From: an uncultured Desulfarculus sp.
GTDB lineage: Bacteria > Desulfobacterota > Desulfarculia > Desulfarculales > Desulfarculaceae
Direction: 5' to 3'
DNA: 64,000 nt
NCBI GenBank assembly: GCA_963665125.2
Contig: CAXXUK010000001.1
Location: forward strand, 1,056,001 to 1,120,000
Shown here: positions 57,846 through 64,000 of the stretch, in pieces
Layout of the letters: each line of letters opens with the position of its first letter
Position numbering within the stretch: position 1 is the stretch's first letter
The notes under the pieces: generated by a model
The model's input: the letters and a program-made list of their open reading frames with translations, nothing else
What the model was told of the DNA's origin: nothing
The model's database searches: none
Program-made: the position numbers and the translations under genes

Positions 57846-58630
57846 TAATAGGCCACCACAAAGGCGTTGTTGAAACCGCCGGAGCGGAGGTCTGTTTCAA
57901 GCTTTTGGGCTGATGCCAGTTCCTGTTCCTTGCCCACGCGCACGCGGTAGAATACCTGATCACCGCGGTCGAATTTTACAACCTGAACCTGGGGGTTGTG
58001 TACGCGAAGCTTGGCGGCCAGACGCCAGGCGTTGCTTTCCTGGGTGAACGCGCCGACCTGCACGGTGAAAGGACCGAATTGCGGGGCAACGGATTTGGCA
58101 AGCGCGGTTGATGATTGCCCGGGGGCTGGCTTGGATCCGCCTTCGGCATAGCCCACGGCCTTGATATGCACAGAGGCCGTTCCCGGTCCGATTAGGCCTA
58201 TTTCGCGGGCAGCCGCCTTGGAGAGGTCAATGACCCTGCCTTGGACAAATGGCCCCCGGTCGTTGATGCGAACGACGGTTTTTTTACCATTGTCCCGGTT
58301 GTAAACCTCGACATATGTGCCAAAGGGCAGGAGCTTATGCGCGGCGGTCATGGATTCCATGTCATAGGTTTCGCCGTTCGATGTTTTTCTGCCGTGAAAT
58401 TTGCTGCCATACCAGGAGGCTATGCCGTCTTGGGTGAATCCTTTGGCGCTGGGCAGGGGATGATATGTTTTACCCCATACGGTGTATGGCTTGGACGGGC
58501 CGACGCGTCCTTTTGTCGTGGTGCCCAAAGTGCCCTTGCTGCATGAGGACAACAGGCAACAAATTGATAAAATTAAAAATACGATAGAAAATTTGTTAGG
58601 GCTAAAGGTGCGTTTCGGGGCGATTACCAT
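57842..58630 (-). CDS. rlpA: Septal ring lytic transglycosylase lipoprotein (DPBB + SPOR)
   Basis: Lipobox LSSC, GIASWYG..FHG, TAAHK.LP, RINDRGPF and VQVGAF. Confidence 0.92.
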   Translation of the reverse strand: MVIAPKRTFSPNKFSIVFLILSICCLLSSCSKGTLGTTTKGRVGPSKPYTVWGKTYHPLPSAKGFTQDGIASWYGSKFHGRKTSNGETYDMESMTAAHKLLPFGTYVEVYNRDNGKKTVVRINDRGPFVQGRVIDLSKAAAREIGLIGPGTASVHIKAVGYAEGGSKPAPGQSSTALAKSVAPQFGPFTVQVGAFTQESNAWRLAAKLRVHNPQVQVVKFDRGDQVFYRVRVGKEQELASAQKLETDLRSGGFNNAFVVAYY

Positions 58631-58745
58631 TAATAATATTTACTCCGGCTAGTTGAACCTTTGCTGATTGACACCTGATAACGTTGCCAATAACATAACT
58701 GATTGTCATTGCAAATTGAACCATACTTTGTACTCGGTGGCAATA

Positions 58746-59834
58746 ATGGACCAAATCCAGCAATTGTATGATGTGGTCAATGTTTGGCTTCACCAACATC
58801 CGTTTGTTGCCGGTTTTGTCTTGGCAATGATTGGCTTGGCTGCCGCTTTCATTGTGGACAAACTGTTTTCCAACGTCCTGAAGGCATTTACAAAAAAAAC
58901 AACAAACACCTTGGACGACAAGATCGTCGCGGAGCTTCACCGGCCGATCCAGGCCACGGTCTTGCTGTTTTCAATATTGTTGATCGTAAATGAGTTTTTC
59001 GACAAAGAAGAATGGTCGCCGCTGGTCTCCAAGTTCACCGACACTGCCTTCATTTTGGTCTACTCGTGGGTCTTGTGGCGAATAAGCCATACTATATTCA
59101 ACCACTTACAGCTAAAATCCAAAAGACGCAAGTTTACTCAGATCCTTCCTTTGATAAAAAACCTCACCATCGCGGTCGTTGTAATCCACTGCGCATATTT
59201 GCTGTTGTCCCTTTGGGGAGTAAACGTCACGCCGCTTCTGGCATCGGCCGGTATTGTCACGGCCGCTGTTGCCTTGGCCTCCAAGGACACGCTCTCAAAC
59301 TTTTTTGGCGGCATTAGCGTATTTGTCGACCGTCCGTATGTCGTTGGCGACTATATCGTCCTTGAATCGGGTGAACGCGGCGAAGTCGTGAATATCGGTA
59401 TGCGCAGCACGAGAATCCTGACCAGGGACGACGTGCTGATTTCCATACCAAACTCGATGATGTCAAACCGCATGATCACCAACCAGAGCGGCCAGGTGGA
59501 TCGTTACCGGCTCAGAATACGAATTGGCGTCAGCTATGACAACGAGCCCGATGAAATCGAAACCGCATTGATCGAGTCCCTAAGCGGAGTCGAGTCTGTT
59601 TTATGGCAACCGGTGCCAAGGGTGCGGTTCCGGGAATTCGGTGATTCGGCTTTGATCTTCGATCTATTGGCCTGGATCGCCATGCCCGCCGACAAAGGAC
59701 GGGTCACCCATGAGATCAACCGCAACATCTATTACAAGTTCAAGGACGAGGGCATCGGCATTCCATACCCGCAAAGGGTTGTTTATATACATCCGGCCAA
59801 AGACGCCACCTTGGAGGCCGATATCGACAAATAG
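58746..59834 (+). CDS. mscS: Small-conductance mechanosensitive channel
   Basis: LLASAGI...ALASKDTLSNFFGG, RPY.VGD, IGMRST, IPN, F.EFGDSAL and IPYPQR. Confidence 0.9.
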   Translation: MDQIQQLYDVVNVWLHQHPFVAGFVLAMIGLAAAFIVDKLFSNVLKAFTKKTTNTLDDKIVAELHRPIQATVLLFSILLIVNEFFDKEEWSPLVSKFTDTAFILVYSWVLWRISHTIFNHLQLKSKRRKFTQILPLIKNLTIAVVVIHCAYLLLSLWGVNVTPLLASAGIVTAAVALASKDTLSNFFGGISVFVDRPYVVGDYIVLESGERGEVVNIGMRSTRILTRDDVLISIPNSMMSNRMITNQSGQVDRYRLRIRIGVSYDNEPDEIETALIESLSGVESVLWQPVPRVRFREFGDSALIFDLLAWIAMPADKGRVTHEINRNIYYKFKDEGIGIPYPQRVVYIHPAKDATLEADIDK

Positions 59835-59852
59835 GCCCGTGCGACATATATT

Positions 59853-59880
59853 GAGTCGCATAAGATATATTATGTAAACC
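59853..59880 (+). other. dif: Probable chromosomal dif site (XerC/XerD)
   Basis: GAGTCGCATAA-GATATA-TTATGTAAACC compared with E. coli GGTGCGCATAA-TGTATA-TTATGTTAAAT; intergenic; KOPS polarity appears to switch here. Confidence 0.85.
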
Positions 59881-60008
59881 CATATATGGTAAAAACATCA
59901 CGCCCCATAGCAGACCCCAATCGCCGTAATGCCACTTGACTTTTAGGGGCTTAATTGGTACCTACACTACTTCAATATCTGATTGCTATTTTTGGTTGAT
60001 AAAGCAAA

Positions 60009-60581
60009 ATGAACACGCCAGCGCAAAACGCCCCCAAGGTTGTCTACAACTCCCAGCATATCGCCAAGGGCTTGACAAATATCGCTTCCGGTATTTTGGA
60101 AAATCACCCTTCCTGGGATGATCTGGCCTTTATTGGCATCCATACCGGCGGCGATCTGTTGCTGCGCAAAATAATTGCCGAACTGGTCCGTCTGTCCGGC
60201 CGTGATAAACGCGTCGATATTGGCCTGTTGGATATCAGCTTTTACCGCGACGACTGGAGCCGTTTGCAGCAAGTCCCCAGCGTTCAGGATACGGTTGTGC
60301 CCTTTGTGGTGGACGACCGCCCCATCATTCTGGTTGATGACGTGGTTTTCACGGGCCGTACGGTGCGTTCGGCCATGGAAGGCATTTTTTCCCTTGGGCG
60401 TCCCAAATCCATTGAACTTGCAGTGTTGGTGGACCGCGGACACCGTGAAATGCCCATTCAACCAGATTACGTTGGCCTGAGTCTGCCGACCACTTTGGAT
60501 CAATCGGTGAACGTTTATATCCATGAGCAGGCCGATCTCGACCACGCCATTCTGGAAGATCATAAGTACCGGATAGCATAA
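60009..60581 (+). CDS. pyrR: PyrR bifunctional regulator / uracil phosphoribosyltransferase
   Basis: LDISFYRDD, ILVDDVVFTGRT.R and LVDRGHREMPIQPDYVG. Confidence 0.92.
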   Translation: MNTPAQNAPKVVYNSQHIAKGLTNIASGILENHPSWDDLAFIGIHTGGDLLLRKIIAELVRLSGRDKRVDIGLLDISFYRDDWSRLQQVPSVQDTVVPFVVDDRPIILVDDVVFTGRTVRSAMEGIFSLGRPKSIELAVLVDRGHREMPIQPDYVGLSLPTTLDQSVNVYIHEQADLDHAILEDHKYRIA

Positions 60582-60731
60582 AACAAGTTCAAAATTTGAC
60601 ACCAGATCACACTCTAGGTGGGCATTAATTGCCTACCTGGGGACCTTCTGGAACTTGTTACCCGCCGTTATGATCAATCAATATATGGATAACTAAATGA
60701 ATAATAACGCTAAATAGATTTTATATTAAAA

Positions 60732-60747
60732 TGGCACGGGACCTGCA
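60732..60747 (+). promoter_or_regulatory. Sigma54 (-24/-12) promoter
   Basis: TGGCACGGGACCTGCA matches TGGCACG-N4-(T)TGC with correct GG/GC spacing; the upstream tract is AT-rich. Confidence 0.7.
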
Positions 60748-60776
60748 ACAAGCATGGGTGACCATGGGAGGTTGTC

Positions 60777-61241
60777 ATGGTGAAGATTGATAACTTAGCC
60801 TCATTCGATCAGATAACTGCCGCGACCGGCACCCAGGCGGCCAGCCCTGAAGGGGCGATGTCTTTTTCCGACGTACTTCGTAACGCCGTCAAAGAGATCG
60901 AAACTCCTGAGGCTGTTTCAGAAATAAAAAATGTATCCCCTGCGGGTTCGACAGAGTCCGTGGTGGAAGCCGGTGTTTCCGAAGATGCCATCCTGATGCT
61001 CGGCCAGACCAGCGAATTGTTGGAGGCTTTGGAGGACTTCGCTGCCAAGTTGGCCAGCGGCTCCTACACCCTCAAGCAGGTTGATCCGGAAGTCACGCGC
61101 ATTGAAGACATGGCCGGCGAACTTGAACAAAGCCTCGGCTCTCTGGACGAGCTTGATGAAGAGCTTGCTGGTTTGGTCCGGCAGGTGGTCACCCAAACTA
61201 AAGTCGAAGTGATGAAGTTCCAACGCGGAGACTATATCTAG
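60777..61241 (+). CDS. Hypothetical acidic helical protein
   Basis: Strong RBS GGGAGG; 154 aa, ending VE..KFQRGDYI. Confidence 0.8.
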   Translation: MVKIDNLASFDQITAATGTQAASPEGAMSFSDVLRNAVKEIETPEAVSEIKNVSPAGSTESVVEAGVSEDAILMLGQTSELLEALEDFAAKLASGSYTLKQVDPEVTRIEDMAGELEQSLGSLDELDEELAGLVRQVVTQTKVEVMKFQRGDYI

Positions 61242-61250
61242 GGATGACAA

Positions 61251-61427
61251 ATGAGCACCACGACTTTGCCCGCTGCAAGCGACGAGAATGGTGGTTGTTC
61301 AAAGGAAAAGAAAGCCGAAGAAATACTGGATGATCTGGCCCGGCAGCTTGTTGAAACCCGCAAAGCACACTTATTGCAAATTCAGGACGTGTTGGCCAGA
61401 AAACAAGTAGAAGACAAATATATGTAA
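61251..61427 (+). CDS. Small hypothetical protein (58 aa, below the ORF-track cut-off)
   Basis: MSTTTLPAASDENGGCSKEKKAEEILDDLARQLVETRKAHLLQIQDVLARKQVEDKYM*, starting 10 nt after the upstream stop, with AGGGA upstream. Confidence 0.6.
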   Translation: MSTTTLPAASDENGGCSKEKKAEEILDDLARQLVETRKAHLLQIQDVLARKQVEDKYM

Positions 61428-61536
61428 AAAACCCCTAAACGGGGCTAACAGGTTGCTTCGGTCCCCTCCGAAGTGCAACGTAGGCGGCTCAAGAAAAGGT
61501 CCCCAACTTATTCTCGGTCGCCAATAAACTCCCTGA

Positions 61537-61573
61537 TTGCGGGCAAGTCGACGGGCTTGCCCGCAAGCTTTTT
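61537..61573 (+). terminator. Intrinsic terminator
   Basis: ttgcgggcaagtc-gacg-ggcttgcccgcaa-gcttttt. Confidence 0.8.
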
Positions 61574-61613
61574 ATGCTAAACGTTAATAAAGCTGATTAT
61601 CTATATGTTATTG

Positions 61614-64000
61614 TTATGGCTTTATTAACGACGAAATCAGGCCGGTCACATCGTTTTCCGAGGATAGATCAACCTCAAAGTGCTTGTAACGGAAGTACAA
61701 TGGCCGTCGCTCCCTCCATAGGTTATCCAGGCTACCAGCCTGTTCCAGACCCACCACGCCGCGGCTGTCGAGGTTGTTGATGCGCCCTTTTATATTCTCC
61801 ATATCGTCTTTCAAAAACACCACCGTGCTGTGGGCCCGCAGCCATTGCATGGCCGTGGGCGAATATATAACGCTGCCTCCGGGAGAGATAACCGTGGGCC
61901 GGGACAGGTCCACACCCATGATGATATCGCTTTCCAAATCAATGAAAGCCGCCCTGCCCCTTTTTTCCAGATAATCCTGCACGCCCATACCGGCACGGTC
62001 CTCTATCAGGTCGTCACCGTCGATGAACCGCCAGCCCAGGCGGGTGGCCAACTTGGCTCCCCAATAGCTCTTGCCCGCGCCGGGCATGCCGATGAGGGTG
62101 ATATTGCGGTAGGCCATCAGAGCGGCCAGGCGGCTGTCCAGGGCGGCATAGCGCCGCACGGGCTTGTCGTGCTCGATTGCCCGGCGCAGAGCCTGCCTGC
62201 CGCCGATGACCAGCACCAATTTGCGGGCCCTGGTGACAGCGGTGTAGATCAGGGGGCGGTTGAGCATGACGTGATGCTCGTTGGCCAGGGCTATTATCAC
62301 GGCGGGATATTCGCTGCCCTGGGATTTGTGGATGGTGACGGCATAGGCCAACACAAGATCCGCCCGTTCCATGGGGCTGTAGGAGACAGCGCGGCCGTCC
62401 ATGTTCACCCGGCATTCCTCGCCGTCGTCGCTGATAACCCGGCCCACGTCGCCGTTGAATACGTCGAGGTCATAGTTGTTGCGCACCTGCATGACCTTAT
62501 CGCCGGGCGAAAAGCGCGTTTCATCGGCACCGGGGTTGAGCCTGTGGCGCAGAATGTTGTTCAGGTTCTGGCAGCCCATGTTGCCCTTGTGCATGGGCGC
62601 CAGCACCTGTATGTCGTCAAATGGATCAAAGCCAAACTTGCCTGGCAGCCGCCGGGACGCCAGATCGGCTATTTCCCGGGCGCACTGGATCGGGTCATTG
62701 TTTTCAATGAAATAGAAATCAGCCTCCTGGCCCGGTCCGGGCAGGTTGGGCATCTGCCCGGCCAGGATGCGGTGGGCGTTTTCCACGATAAGGCCGCCGC
62801 CTTTTTGCCTGAAGATTTCGGTTAGCTGGGCCACGGTGGCCGCGTTGCTTTCGATTATATGGCGCAGCAGCAGGCCCGGCCCCACGGGAGGCAGCTGATT
62901 GACGTCGCCCACCAGCAACAGGCGCGTGGGCTCGGCAACGGCTGAAAGCAGATGTGAGCCCAGCCAGATATCGATCATGCTGGCCTCGTCGACGATCAGC
63001 AGATCGCAATCCAGCGGATTTTCGGGCCCCCTTTGGAACCGGTTTTCCTTGGGGCTGAACTCCAACAGACGATGCAGGGTCTTGGCCGGATGACCGCTGG
63101 CCTCGCTCATGCGCTTGGCCGCCCTGCCCGTGGGCGCGGCCATTTCCACCTTTAGGTCCATGCGCCGGGCAATGGCTGTCAGGGCCTTAATCAAGGTGGT
63201 CTTGCCCGTGCCCGGCCCGCCCGTGAGGATGCCCAGTGGTGCTTTCAACAGATCAACGAGGGCCTTGGCCTGGGCTTGGCTTGGCCTGACATCCATCTGT
63301 TCGGCCGCCCATTGCACGGCCGATGCGGCGCGTTTTTCGGACAGGATGCCCGCGCCCCTGGCCAGGCCAGCCGCGCACAGGGCAGCGTTTTGCTCCAGGC
63401 GCATCATGCCGCCCAGATAGACCGCCCGCCCCTGGATGGTTTCATCCACCACCAGGCGGCGTTTCTGGTGCAGATCGGCAAAGGATGGCCCCAGGGCCTG
63501 CCTGTCGATTTGCAGCAAATCTGCGGCCTGGTTCATCAATTCGTCATAGGGCAGATAGCAATGCCCCTGCTCCGTGGCTTTTTGCAGGGTATGGACAATG
63601 CCCGCGGCCAGCCGGGAGGGGTGATCGTCGGCGATGCCCAGCTTATGGGCTATCTGGTCGGCCGTGGCAAAGCCGATGCCGTGGATTTCGGCGGCCATGC
63701 TGTGGGGCTCGTTTTCCAGGATGTATCTGGTCTTGGAGCCGTAATGCTTGTAGATGCGCATGGCCGTGGACGGCCCCACGCCGTGGGCCTGTAAAAAAAT
63801 CATGGCCTCGCGCAGAACGCCGTGATCGGCCACGGCCTTGGCTATGCTCTTGGCCTTTTTGGGGCCCACGCCGGACACCGAGCGCAGCTTGTCCGGCTCG
63901 TTGAGAATGATGTCAATGGCTTCCTGACCAAGGGCGTCGACAATGCGCTGGGCCAGCATGGGGCCGCAGCCTTTGATCAGGCCGGAGCTGAGATAGCGCC
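61614..64000 (-). CDS. recD2: RecD2 ATP-dependent helicase with in-frame C-terminal shikimate-kinase domain; 5' end outside window
   Basis: YLSSG..KG, HhH, TGGPGTGKTT, APTGRAAKR, VDEASM, GD.NQLP.VG, AYAVTIHKSQGSEY and YTAVTRA. The reading frame continues into NITLIGMPGAGKS...FIDGD...SPGGS...ERRPLY. Confidence 0.9.
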   Translation of the reverse strand, partial: RYLSSGLIKGCGPMLAQRIVDALGQEAIDIILNEPDKLRSVSGVGPKKAKSIAKAVADHGVLREAMIFLQAHGVGPSTAMRIYKHYGSKTRYILENEPHSMAAEIHGIGFATADQIAHKLGIADDHPSRLAAGIVHTLQKATEQGHCYLPYDELMNQAADLLQIDRQALGPSFADLHQKRRLVVDETIQGRAVYLGGMMRLEQNAALCAAGLARGAGILSEKRAASAVQWAAEQMDVRPSQAQAKALVDLLKAPLGILTGGPGTGKTTLIKALTAIARRMDLKVEMAAPTGRAAKRMSEASGHPAKTLHRLLEFSPKENRFQRGPENPLDCDLLIVDEASMIDIWLGSHLLSAVAEPTRLLLVGDVNQLPPVGPGLLLRHIIESNAATVAQLTEIFRQKGGGLIVENAHRILAGQMPNLPGPGQEADFYFIENNDPIQCAREIADLASRRLPGKFGFDPFDDIQVLAPMHKGNMGCQNLNNILRHRLNPGADETRFSPGDKVMQVRNNYDLDVFNGDVGRVISDDGEECRVNMDGRAVSYSPMERADLVLAYAVTIHKSQGSEYPAVIIALANEHHVMLNRPLIYTAVTRARKLVLVIGGRQALRRAIEHDKPVRRYAALDSRLAALMAYRNITLIGMPGAGKSYWGAKLATRLGWRFIDGDDLIEDRAGMGVQDYLEKRGRAAFIDLESDIIMGVDLSRPTVISPGGSVIYSPTAMQWLRAHSTVVFLKDDMENIKGRINNLDSRGVVGLEQAGSLDNLWRERRPLYFRYKHFEVDLSSENDVTGLISSLIKP

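Noticed and set aside
59840..59860. tgcgac/gtcgca inverted repeat overlapping the XerC arm of dif (IMEX scar?)
   Set aside because: It is only 6 bp, and there is no second dif-like site or phage gene nearby.
1..64000. CRISPR array, rRNA genes, prophage structural genes
   Set aside because: No regularly spaced repeats or such genes were seen.

Overview
This is a GC-rich bacterial chromosome segment, most likely from a Desulfobacterota/deltaproteobacterium (inferred from the tmRNA tag ADDYNYAVAA, the DUF4416/DUF370 context and a PEP-CTERM gene). Bases 1-26 kb form one co-directional lipid A/LPS cluster: GnnA-like, lpxB, msbA, PAP2 phosphatase, two ArnT, arnC, arnD, waaA, lpxK, lpxL, five GT9, three GT4, gmhB, heptose kinase, waaL-like and ugd. 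Next come DUF4416-yicC-remA-gmk-rlmB, an algI/algJ-type acetylation pair beside tRNA-Pro(GGG), and BPL-N and PEP-CTERM genes. An acyl-CoA catabolic locus follows (etfAB, His-phosphatase, ACAD, TetR, APH kinase, DUF362, hbd), then signalling/accessory genes including an AbfD-like dehydratase. An IS3 element has truncated a P4-type integrase beside tmRNA. The window ends with ihfA, rlpA, mscS, a probable chromosomal dif site, pyrR, a sigma54-type two-gene unit with a structured 3' RNA, and a RecD2 helicase fused in frame to a shikimate-kinase domain. All calls come from motif recognition by eye; no database search was run.
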